The notes under the pieces are model-generated. The model had not been told where the DNA came from. It ran no database searches and was given only the letters and a program-made list of their open reading frames with translations. A stretch of 64,000 nucleotides of DNA from positions 62,001 through 126,000 of the forward strand of contig NIVC01002567.1 of NCBI GenBank assembly GCA_002269645.1. Reading direction: 5' to 3'. A program made the translations under genes and the position numbers. Within the stretch, counting starts at the first letter, position 1. Every line of letters starts with the position of its first letter. Source of the DNA: Macrostomum lignano (lineage: Eukaryota). Positions 16,276 through 28,140 of the stretch are shown in pieces.

Positions 16276-16289
16276 GTTGCCATGGTAAC
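16276..16289. promoter_or_regulatory. RFX X-box
   Basis: GTTGCCATGGTAAC, a full match to the X-box consensus GTTNCCATGGNAAC, about 40 bp upstream of the SLC25A35 coding homology. Confidence 0.6.
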
Positions 16290-17223
16290 ATGCCGGTAGT
16301 TGTCAACGGGTTTTCCTAGTTTGACTGGTTTCACTCGAAGGAAAAAAATTGGGCTGTACCTTGCTGCTAGGCCTACCTAATCCCCTGGCTTTGTTCTAGG
16401 GAGGTCACCTGATCCCCCAATATAGAATCTGATATAATGTAGGGATGTCACTTGACCCCTCCCCAAGATAAAATCTGATATTGGGAAGGGAGGTCACCTG
16501 AACCTCCAATATAGAATCTGATACTATGCAGGGAGGTCACCTGACCCCCAATATAAAATATGATACTATGCAGGGAGGTCCCCTGACCCCCAATATAAAA
16601 TCTGATATTATGTAGGGAGGTCACTTGACCCCCCCCAAGATAGAATCTGATATTATGGAGGGAGGTTACCTGACTCCGATATAGAATCTAATCTACTAAA
16701 TGACAAGCGAGGGAGGTCACTTGATCCCATTGATTTAGAATACAGAATCAATGCCATCCTATGCTGGGAAGGTCAGACCACCCTAAAACCTGTTTTATTG
16801 CAGCCAAAATTTTAATCAAAAAAAGAAAAAAGCCATTATGAAAACTTATGAATCTCCGCGGAACACGAAAAGCACAATTTACCAGAAAGAAAAACAAAAC
16901 AGTCCGCAGACCCCTAACATTGGTACAAGAATTCTTACAATATGGCTACATAAATCACTCAATTTTCAAATGAATAAAAATATTGTGCAACATTTTGTAC
17001 ATTAGGTAGTGCAAGTGGCCCAGTTGCAGACCCCCTTAGCAGCTCTACGAACTGCGCGTTAAATTCACGTTATCAACAAGCTTTGAAGTTTACCGACAGC
17101 AATTAGCTTATACAGCTATAAGAATGGAATAGTTGTTCTGCAAATACATTTTACAGTTAGCTAGGAAGCGGGCGAGGCGCTGCGACTGCTGCTACGCCTG
17201 CCGGTTAAGAAATAAGTCTTCCA

Positions 17224-17295
17224 TGACAGTCAGACAGACAGACAGACAGGCAGGCAGACAGACAGACAGACAGACAGACAGGCAGACAGACAGGC

Positions 17296-17352
<57 letters not shown>

Positions 17353-17395
17353 GGCAGGCAGGCAGACAGACAGACAGACAGACAGGCAGGCAGAA

Positions 17396-17436
<41 letters not shown>

Positions 17437-17440
17437 GGGA
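17224..17440. repeat. (GACA)n microsatellite
   Basis: Direct inspection. Confidence 0.95.
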
Positions 17441-17990
17441 CACAAAGAGGCACAGACGGACACAAAATTGAAGTGTCAAAGCGGCAGGTGCAGATGCGGT
17501 GGGTGAAGAAGTGAACAAAGGAAACTACCGAAGCCAATAGCGAAATGCGGCGACAAGCAAGAGGCCAGCAGTAGACAGAACGACACCGCGAAACGAAGAC
17601 TCACAATCTTTGTTAAATTTTTATTAAAATTGTCGAAGTTATAGCATATGATACAGTATGCAGCATAGTGCTGAAATACGATAGAATGCTACATCGTTCC
17701 CATATTATGTATGATTGCTACATTATTGAATTAGCTATACGAATATGCAAATAAATACAGCAATCAAGCACTTTAAAACAAATGTGAAGACAACACAATA
17801 ATGCTTCAGTCAGAAACTGAAAAATAAATATTTTTTGAAAGTCAAACTCTTTGACATTAGGCTGTGGGAAAATTTTATAACAATTCCCACACAGCTAATA
17901 AATTATCAAATTACAATCAAAACTAAGGACTCCAACAAGCAACCGATATGTTGTGTAAATAACTTTGCAAAGGCGAAACTCTATTACAGC

Positions 17991-18610
17991 CACAGATACT
18001 AGAATAACTAGATGTGTCACTCGCAAAAAATGCGTTTCTCTACTCATTTTTTCAGTAGCAAAATTAGCGTTTTTTGCCTTTATAAAAGTGAAATTAAAAT
18101 TTATCTACTTTTGAACGAAATTTAAAGTTTTTAAAGCTGCAAAATTTGTCTGTGTCTAATTCTACAAGCAGGCTAATTAAATAAGCATGTCTGCTGAGTT
18201 TTACCGGTTCAAAAATAAACGAATTTAAGACTTAAGACTGTAGAGAACTATAAAAATGTAAAATTTCCAAATTCAGTGCTTGGCATAGAGAGCAAGAGAG
18301 AATTAGTGCTGGCGCCCAGACATCTCTCTACTGCTCTCTCATTGGCTGAGCTAGATTGGGCCTGCCCCCCCCCCCTAGGCTGAGTTTCGTCCGTCTTGCG
18401 TTCATTTGTGTACATTTAGTTAACAAATGCTTGTTCATTCTTAATCCCATATGCTCTTGAGGCCGCAAGCCCTGAGGAAGGAAAGGAATTTTACCTTCTA
18501 CATCAAATTTAAATTATATTAGCGCAGACAACTACTTTAAAAAGAGTAGAGGCTCTACTTTTTCACAATTTTCATTGCGAGTGACACATCTAGTTATTCT
18601 AGTATCTGTG
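17991..18610. mobile_element. Non-autonomous TIR DNA transposon (MITE), 620 bp
   Basis: 36-bp perfect TIRs (CACAGATACTAGAATAACTAGATGTGTCACTCGCAA; 17991-18026 and 18575-18610) flanked by the 8-bp duplication ATTACAGC (17983-17990, 18611-18618). Confidence 0.92.
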
Positions 18611-18650
18611 ATTACAGCTAAGGGGCAGACAGGCAGATGGACGGACAGCC

Positions 18651-18699
<49 letters not shown>

Positions 18700-19049
18700 C
18701 AAAGGCCTAGGAAGAATAGGTGAATACCAGTATTGTGGATGAGCAAAGGGAAGCAAGATTTGAGAACAGGGCTGTACAAAACGGGCACTGCAACAGTGCG
18801 AGTGTGCAGCGGTCCATCAGAACAGACTCTAACTCCGTGTACGCAAAAAACAATAAAAACAATTAAATAATTGGATAGTATTCATGGGGTTAATAATGTG
18901 CAAACACGAATTTCAACACAATAAGCGAGTTCAATTTAACAACGACAAACAGTGAGTAGCCAACCAATGTCTTTTATGGCACGACTGTCGAAAATAATGG
19001 ACATGATCTGACACTGCTCGAGATGAAATATCGCTCCCGAAAGTAATCA

Positions 19050-19800
19050 TCGAACCCTAAATCTCACCTATGAGATATATAACAGATCCCAAATTTCAGC
19101 CATGAGATAGATGCCAGATCTCAAATCTCACCCATAAAATAGATTTCATATTCAAAATCTCAGCCATGATATAGATGTCAGATCCCAAGTATTACCCATG
19201 AGATAGATGTCAGACCCTAAATCTCAACCACGAGATAGATGTCAGATCTTAAATCTCAACCATGGAATAGATGTCAGATCTCAAATCTTACCTATAAAAA
19301 AGATTTCTGATTCATAATCTCACCCATGAGATAGATTTTAGATCCCGAGTATCACCCATGAGATAGAGATGTCAGATCTCAAATCGCAACCATGAGATAG
19401 AAGTCAGATCTCAAATCTCACCCATGAGATAGATGTCAGATCTCAAATCTCACCCATGAGATAGATGTCAGATCTCAAATCTCACCCATGAGATAGATGT
19501 CAGATCTCAAATCTCACCCATGAGATAGAAGTCAGATCTCAAATCTCACCCATGAGATAGATGTCAGATCTCAAATCTCACCCATGAGATAGATGTCAGA
19601 TCTCAAATCTCACCCATGAGATAGATGTCAGATCTCAAATCACACCCATGAGATAGATGTCAGATCTCAAATCTCACCCATGAGATAGATGTCAGATCTC
19701 AAATCTCACCCATGAGATAGATGTCAGATCTCAAATCACACCCATGAGATAGATGTCAAATCTCAAATCTCACCCATGAGATAGATGTCAGATCTCAAAT
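19050..19800. repeat. 32-bp minisatellite
   Basis: Unit AGATAGATGTCAGATCTCAAATCTCACCCATG, degenerate at the left and homogeneous at the right. Confidence 0.95.
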
Positions 19801-19942
19801 CTTAACCATTACAAAGCAACGTGAATACGGAATTGCATACAAAGATGCAACTCATTCAAAACTAAAGCTTAACGCAAAAGTCTGTTCACCATGACAACGC
19901 AAGCAGAAAAAAGTTTAAATCGATAAAACCAAAATTCCAAGA

Positions 19943-22900
19943 TCAATGGTGCTCATGCGAATGGCCCAGGCTGAGCACCAGCGGCAGGCAACTGCCCAGC
20001 ACATTGAAGAAGAGCTCTTTAAGCGTAAATCCTCGGCTGCTTTCCACGCTGACAATGGAGGCCGGGCCGCCGACACCGCCACCAATGGAGTGACTGTGAC
20101 CGGCTTTCACCAGTTCGGGCAGCACGTGAACCGTGGCCACGTACAGGAATGTGCCAGCAGAGAATAGCATGGCCAAGCCTGTGGCGTTCCACGAGACCAG
20201 AGACTCCTTGCTTTGCTGCGGGATGGTGGGTTGGAGGCGCAGCAGTGCTACTTATAGTAGCTGTTAGGAATTCGATTAATTAAATAAATTGAGATTTATG
20301 AACAAACTTAAGGCGATTGTTGCAGTAAGTTTTCTGAGTAGATTAGGGGCGACTCATAGTGGATTAGGGGCGATTCATAGAGAGGATTAGGGGCGACTCA
20401 TAGAGAGGATTAGGGGTGACTCATAGAGAGGATTAGGGGTGACTCATAGAGAGGATTAGGGGCGACTCATAGAGAGGATTAGGGGTGACTCATAGAGAGG
20501 ATTAGGGGCGACTCATAGAGAGGATTAGGGGCGACTCATAGAGTGGATTAGGGGTGACTCATAGAGAGGATTAGGGGCGACTCATAGAGAGGATTAGGGG
20601 CGACTCATAGAGTGGATTTGGGGTGACTCATAGAGAGGATTAGGGGTGACTCATAGAGAGGATTAGGGGTGACTCATAGAGAGGATTAGGGACGACTCAT
20701 AGTGGATTAGGGGCGACTCATAGTGGATTAGGGGCGGTTTGTAGAGTAAAATATTAGCGATTTGTAAAGTGGATTAGGGCTGATTCATAGAGTGGATTAG
20801 GGGTGATTCATAGAGTGGATTAGGGGTGATTCATAGAGTGGATTAGGGGCGATTCATAGAGTGGATTAGGGGTGATTCATAGAGAGGATTAGGGGCGATT
20901 CATAGAGCGGATTAGGGGCGATTCATAGAGTTGATTAGGAGTGATGCATAGAGAGGATTAGAGGCGACTCATAGAGTGGATTAGGGGCGACTCATAGAGT
21001 GTATTAGGGGCGACTCATAGCGTGGATTAGGGGCGACTCATAGAGTGGATTAGGGGCGACTCATAGAGTGGATTAGGGGCGACTCATAGAGTGTATTAGG
21101 GGCGACTCATAGCGTGGATTAGGGGCGACTCATAGAGTGGATTAGGGGCGACTCATAGAGTGGATTAGGGGCGACTCATAGAGTGGATTAGGGGCGACTC
21201 ATAGAGTGGATTAGGGGCGACTCATAGAGAGGATTAGGGGTGACTCATAGAGAGGATTAGGGACGACTCATAGAGTGGATTAGGGGCGATTCATATGTGG
21301 ATTAGGGGTGACTCATAGAGTGGATTAGGGGCGACTCATAGAGTGGATTAGGGGCGACTCATAGAGAGGATTAGGGGTGACTCATAGAGAGGATTAGGGA
21401 CGACTCATAGAGTGGATTAGGGGCGATTCATATGTGGATTAGGGGTGACTCATAGAGTGGATTAGGGGTGACTCAGAGAGGATTAGGGGTGACTCATAGA
21501 GAGGATTAGGGGTGACTCATAGAGTGGATTAGGGGTGACTCATAGAGAGGATTAGGGGTGACTCATAGAGAGGATTAGGGGTGACTCATAGAGTGGATTA
21601 GGGGTGACTCATAGAGAGGATTAGGGGTGACTCATAGAGAGGATTAGGGGTGACTCATAGAGTGGATTAGGGGTGATACATAGAGATGATTAGGGGCGGT
21701 TCATAGAGTGGATTAGGGGCGACTTCTGGAGTGGATTAGGGGCGACTCATAGAGTGGATTAGAGTGGATTATAAGGTAGATCAAAGGCTCTATAATACAA
21801 TAGATTAAAGCCCCAAAAGCCGACCTGATTAAGGCACAGATAAGTGACCAATGCCAGAACTGGAGCAGCCAGAGAGAAAGCCAGCAGATGCCGTTTAATC
21901 CGATTCCTGTCAAAGCCGTCGTGCAGCAGGAAGGAGGTCAAGCCGAACGCGGCCGGGCCCTTGTGCAGCATGACGGCCACGAATACGATGAGTTCCACTC
22001 GCATGTGCGAGGTGGACGCAGCCGCGCCCAGAGCGATGCCGTCGGCGGCGGCGTGAACGATGAGGCCAAGAGAGGCTGTGAAGCCCGGCCGGGAGTCCGA
22101 CAAGTCCGAGACCCGGCGGCGATGCGAGGTGGAGCCGCCCAGCTGGTCAATTAGCAGCATGAATACGAAGCCAAGGACTAGGGTTAGGCCAATCACCTGC
22201 GGATTGTTGGGGCGGGCGGATACGTCTCGAACCCTGTGTTTAGCTGCTCCACGGTGTCTCAAGTCATCATTTTTATGTCCCAATGTCTCCCAGGTATCAC
22301 TTAATCATCTATCCCAAGTATCATTCAATCATCTATCCCAGGTATCACCAAATAATCATCTATCCCAGGTATCACTGAATCATCTATCCCAGGTATCACT
22401 GAATCATCTATCCCAGGTATCGCCAATTATCTATCCCAGATAACACTCAATAATCTATTCCAGGTATCACTCAATCATCTATCCCAGGTATCATCAGTCA
22501 TCTATCTCAGGTATCACTCAATCATCTATCCCAGGTATCACTCAATCATCTATCCCAGGCATCATCAGTCATCTATCTCAGGTATCACTCAATCATCTAT
22601 CCCAGGTATCACTCAATTATCTATCACAGGTATCACTCAATCATCTATCCCAGGTATCACTCAATTATCTATCACAGGTATCACTCAATCATCTATCCCA
22701 GGTATCACTCAATTATCTATCACAGGTATCACTCAATCATCTATCCCAGGTATCACTCAATCATCTATCCCAGGTATCACTCAATCATCTATGCCAGGTA
22801 TCATCAGTCATCGGGGGGCCGTAGCCCAGCGGTAGCGCAGCTGCTCTGGTGTGCCAGCGACCCAGGCTCGATTCCAAGTGCAGTCACATTAATTTGGGGC

Positions 22901-24383
22901 TAAATTGGAATCTCGGCTTGGCTCTGCTCGTGCAATTAACGGCCTTGAGTGTCAACCCCCCAAGGCGCAGTGAAGTGTACATGCCTAACGATAAATAAAG
23001 TCAGGGCCGCTGTACACTCCTGTGTGAGTGTGTGCCTGCGTACGTATCCGCGCGCTTGTATGCCTGCTCAGGGGAGTCAGCGGAATGGGCAGTAATGCCT
23101 CTCGCCGGTTGTGTGCCTATGTCGCTTAAAGTGCGCCAGGGTGCACACAACCCCCCTGCCTCTAATAAAAAAATCACCAGTCATCTATCCCAGGTATCAT
23201 CAGTCATCTATCCCAGGTATCACTCAATTATCTATCCCAGGTATCATCAGTCATCTATCCCAGGTATCATCAGTCATCTATCCACAGCATCACCAGTAAC
23301 TGATCCCAGGTATCAATAGCTCACCTGATGCTCGTCAAGCCATCCCTCGGCGTCGTGATGCGCGCCAGCTGAGCCGGCAGCCGCGGCGGCAGCGGCAGCG
23401 GCAGCGCCGCCCGACGCCGACCCGGCAGCGCCAGGGCCCGCAGCGGCCGCAGCCTGCGGAGCCGCCACAGCCTGGATGAGCCGCTTGCCACCTCCGGCCA
23501 CAGCGGCCGCGGCGCCGGCAGCCGCTGAATCGGCGTGGTGAGGCAGGACGTCTTTTGCGGACAGCAGCAGATGCCCCGGTGGGTCGCCGCCGCTGCCACC
23601 GCCGCGAGAGGCAGCACCGGGAGCATCGTATATTGCGTGCACACCCTCCGGGATGATGACGGAGAGCGCCGTGCCAACTAGAAGGCCGGCGCCGAATATA
23701 GTCACTAGGCGGAGCCGCTCCTGGCGTCAGGAATCGCAGTTTAAATAGGATTTTTGTTAAATGTTAATGAGACTGGTATAGTACCCGCATTCACCGTCCC
23801 GACGCCACCAGTCGACGAACGGCCCACAGGCGGATCGAACAGTTCGAAGCTGGCCGGCAGTGTTGTTAACTTACCCAAAAGTGGTCGGCCTTTAACATCT
23901 TCAGCCAGCCTCGAACTGTTCGATCCACCTGCAAACCGCTCGTCGACCAATGGCATCGGGACGGTGAATGCGGGTCAGGTTTTCGTGAATTTCAGGGCAT
24001 TTCTGACCAAGACTCCAGAGTGTAAAAATTGCGTGTCTCTGCTTTTCTGTAGGGTGAATGTTAGGGTCCATGACTGGAACAAATCTTGCAGCTGCTGTCT
24101 TGCAACTCTGTGCTTGATCAGCTGTACTTGTGGCTTCCTTCTGAGTGAGCATAGAAGCACTATGCGGTGTGTATTTCTATGGCCAAGGGTATGCGAACAA
24201 ATGCATGCTTCTTACAGCAGGAAGCACTTATAAAGATCGGATTTGCGTGGCATGAAAGCTAAAATAAGCCGCTAACTTTTAAGGCATATGATTTTTTATC
24301 ACAAATTAATACTTGTGGAAGCAAGCAAAAGAGACACTACTTCTGGGACACCCCTCGTAGTAATAGCAATAGTAATTTTAATA

Positions 24384-24469
<86 letters not shown>

Positions 24470-24491
24470 GTATTAGTATTAGTATTAGTAT

Positions 24492-24571
<80 letters not shown>

Positions 24572-27500
24572 CAATGCATTGTAGTTAAATACAAATTGCA
24601 CATTTAATAAAATTATTTCCTGATTCCAATTCAGCCTATACTAACAGTGGTTATGGGTCATTTTGTCTGCTATCAGTTTGTTTGCTAGAGATCCATGATA
24701 GGGCAAACAGTTATATTATGGCTAGAAAGGAAAGAATTAGGGATAAATATGAATTAGGGAATTAAGGACTGAGAAGTTTGGTTTTAAGAGTTGAGAGTTT
24801 AAGGGGTTGTGGGATTGTGGTTCAAAATGGGGGAGGGAGTTTAGGATAAGATAACACATGGTATGTCTTGAAGAAAGGCAGGGATGCTTGAGCACTTATA
24901 AGCATACTGTGCTCAGATTGAGTACTGAGGCTTTAGGAGGCTTTGAGGCTTTAGGAGAAGTAGAACATTATGAATTGAGTTTATGGAATATGGATTTGAG
25001 GGCATTAATTCCCACAAACTCAGAGAGATAGGGTTGGCATATGGTCTAGGTACATTTCAATGGACAAAAAATAGATATGGGCCAATTAGTTGAGGGATGC
25101 TAAAGGGAATAAGAATAGATATTAAATACCATGTTTTTTAGCAGTGAGTATAGCTAGACTTGGACATTTCCATATAAGTTTTATTATTGCAATTCATGGC
25201 TTCACCAAAGTGCTTACTAGTATACTTTTTTTTCAATAAAATGGCAAAGCAAAGCAACCTATAACAAATATGGCATGAAATTTGCTCATAACTATTTAAA
25301 CTTTCTGTCTTTGTAACTCAATTTTTATCACTGTACTTTTAAATACATTCTATTTATAAGCCATACTATATAAATAAGGGAAAGAGAAATTGCAATGAAG
25401 AAGTAAATAAAATACATTCAAAATCTCAATTTAAAATAAAAGACAAGGACAAAATATTGGCTCTTTAAATTAAGTTATTGTGGCAGCTAGCCTAATGACT
25501 TTTAGTCTATGGTACCACTTTTGTTTTTACATATTGCATTATTCTATTTAGCCCATGGACACAACAATATATAAAGGCAACATGTTCTTTTAAGACTTGC
25601 AATATACTGTAAGCCATTAAATTATGCTGTATATAAACAAACTATAATTAATTGTTTTTTTTTATTTTGTTTAAAATATGAGAAACTCAATTATATACAA
25701 ATCATTTAATAAATAAATTTATCAAGTAATTAACACCTTTATTACTGAATAATCAATTTGTTTGCTAGTAGACAAACTAACAATAGAAAAAAATGACTAT
25801 AGATTTTATAATATGTAATGTATGCTAGTAAAATAATATATGGTATATGCTAAATATATACAAATCAGTACTATATATACATTCTGGCATATAATAGCAT
25901 AAGCTAGTAATAGAAGTCTTGCATTAATTTTCAGTAAAAACTTTGCTCTTGTGAACTAAAAACTTTTAAAAAATATTTAAGACTATATTATAGTAGGCTC
26001 TTTTATAGAATAAATGCATTTTATATTATTACAACATTCTAAATCTTACAACTAGCTAATTATAACTAAGTTTTAATTAACAACTATAATTTGTTTTTAT
26101 ATAATTATAGACAGTTAATGCCAATATGCACCTTAAAAAATTTATATAGGTATTGAATAACTTGAAGAAGTATAGTCTATAAAAATTAGGTTTGGTACTG
26201 ATTTGTACCCTAGTTTAGACTTTCTTTTTGTGTTTAAATATCATGACAATTTTAATTGAGAAACTAGATAATTGATATGAAAATATCAAAGCTTCAGCCT
26301 TATATGGTCTTATACAAATATTATAGGAATAGCACTTCGTCATATTATATCAGGAGGTTAGGCAACTGTAAAGCATAAATTAAATACTTTTAACTTAAAT
26401 AAATGCCAAAGAATAATTAAAAATATTCTTAAATTATTTTGATTTATTTTCAGACTATAACTATGTAGTTGTTACAAGCCTTTAACTCTGTAAATTATAA
26501 CTGATTGTCCCTGGCCTGATTAGTGGTTCCTAGGCCTAGTCATTTTGTCATCTAGGGTGTCTAGGATGCTCACCTTGACTAGGGTCACTTCATAATTTTA
26601 ATTAGCATGTACTACCTGAAGAGAGTCATTTCATCATCCACCAATCATATTAGTTCCAACTTCCAAGTGAATTAATGTGGCAATTAAACATATTTACTTG
26701 GAATCCTAATGATCCCAGTCATTTTGTCATCTCAATTGATAAAACCTATCAATCAATTGGTTCTGCTTGCTGCAGCTTATAGTTAATAAAAACAAAAAAT
26801 AGTTTGCACTAACTTAAATCTCACACAGATTCATTGGTTGATCATTTTGCCAATGATCAGATCATCATATTCCATTTCATTATATTGGATGACAAAATGA
26901 CTAGAAGCAACGCAACTTTGAAAAATATCATGAAGTATCCAGTATAAGAAATATTTGTCACTTTGTCGTATTGTTTTTCAAAGTTACTTTGATTCTGGTC
27001 ACTTTGTTATCCAATAGGCCTAGGCCTATGACAAAATGGAATATGAAAATCTGACCAATGACATGATTAGTGATCATTGCTTACAGTGACTAGATAGCTG
27101 GATATCTAGGCCTACCTATGCTACCAAATAAAATATAGAATAAACCTTAAAAGATATATAAAACCTTCATTATGCCCCTAGTGCAGTTTGGTTGGATGCT
27201 CTACTGGATCAGCCACTATTAGCTAGGGCCTACCCATTGTAACCCATTGAAATTGTATCACTGACTACCTAACAAGTTGTGCTATTTTTGAATAGTTTTG
27301 TATTATTAAATATATCTCTTATCACAATAATATTAATAAATACATTCTAGTGTTCATTTAGGTTGAAAAATAATTACATGTGCTTCTTTACAATTGCCAG
27401 TGATTATAACCTGCTATAATATGGCAATGACCTAATGTGCTATAAATTTTGACAGGCCTAGTCTACTAACTAAGCAAAGAATAAACTTAGAAAAAATTTC

Positions 27501-27662
27501 TTAAAATCAAATAGCTCCCCTTGAATCAGCAAATACGAAAAAGTTAAAGAAGATCTTTAAAATTACCTCAGAAAGACTAAATGCGAGAGGAATCATTCCA
27601 ATACCATAAGATCCAGCTAGCATAGCAAAAGAAAGAAACGCTAGTGTAAGAAATTCCTTCAT
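19943..27662 (-). CDS. SLC39A9: Zinc transporter ZIP9; exons 27662-27567, 23720-23325, 22196-21825, 20215-19943
   Basis: [32 protein letters not shown]|[47 protein letters not shown]-equivalent [32 protein letters not shown]. All phase-0 GT-AG. Exon 1 is absent from the ORF track and was found by reading the AT-rich region. Confidence 0.93.
20340..21765. repeat. 23-bp minisatellite in ZIP9 intron 3
   Basis: Unit GGATTAGGGG(C/T)GACTCATAGAG(T/A). Confidence 0.96.
22278..23310. repeat. 24-bp minisatellite in ZIP9 intron 2, split by a SINE
   Basis: Unit ATCACTCAATCATCTATCCCAGGT on both sides of 22813-23173. Confidence 0.93.
22813..23173 (+). mobile_element. tRNA-derived SINE, about 360 bp
   Basis: A box TAGCCCAGCGG (22822-22832), B box GGCTCGATTCC (22865-22875), 3' AATAAAAAAA. 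A diverged second copy lies at 39893-40251. Confidence 0.85.
23783..23975. repeat. About 190-bp imperfect foldback (inverted repeat)
   Basis: ACCCGCATTCACCGTCCCGA...GGATCGAACAGTTCGA / TCGAACTGTTCGATCC...TCGGGACGGTGAATGCGGGT; about 70-bp arms. Confidence 0.9.
24380..24570. repeat. (TAG)n microsatellite
   Basis: Direct inspection; marks the left edge of the AT-rich domain. Confidence 0.97.
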
Positions 27663-28140
27663 CTTTAGTTTTGAGTTTAGTTTAGTTATTATATGAGATA
27701 CTATGAGATAGTAGGGGCCTAATTTGCTGAATAGAAGACTGAAGTTTGTGCGTCAGTCTAAAAGATTAACAGGTGGTTGTAGCTGAGCTTCTTACAAAGG
27801 AGGGCCGTTGGATAAGATCTCTACTCCTCAAATACCGAAACTAACTACAGCAGACAGACTACAAAAATAGCCGGTTTCGACACGAAAATTGTATTATTCT
27901 TAGAAAGTTAAGTTTTCGCGGACATTGTAAAAGTTAACAAAAAATATTAAACACTTAGTCATCGATCTTTCTTTGAAAATCAACTAAACTCGGCTTGAGG
28001 ATGTTGTTACAACTTTTAACTTTTAAGGGTGTGTTTTTTCAAAGGTACTTACAAAAAACGCACCATTTTAACACTAACCTCGACGTCACACTTTAATATC
28101 TATAAATAATTAATCTAGTTAGTTAGTGTGCGCGACCTCC
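27663..28140. promoter_or_regulatory. CpG-retaining promoter island, probably the divergent ZIP9/PEX2 promoter
   Basis: Lies directly upstream of the ZIP9 ATG. CpG-dense relative to its nearly CpG-free flanks. PEX2 is transcribed away from it and lacks its first exon at 31550. Confidence 0.55.

Noticed and set aside
20340-21765. Interstitial telomere
   Set aside because: TTAGGGG is only part of a 23-bp unit, not a (TTAGGG)n tract.
22813-22880. Functional tRNA gene
   Set aside because: No complete acceptor stem or terminator; it continues into a 290-bp body shared with a second copy, so it is a SINE.
23754-24233. 159-aa ORF with an internal peptide repeat
   Set aside because: Arises from the inverted repeat in ZIP9 intron 1; no recognisable domain.
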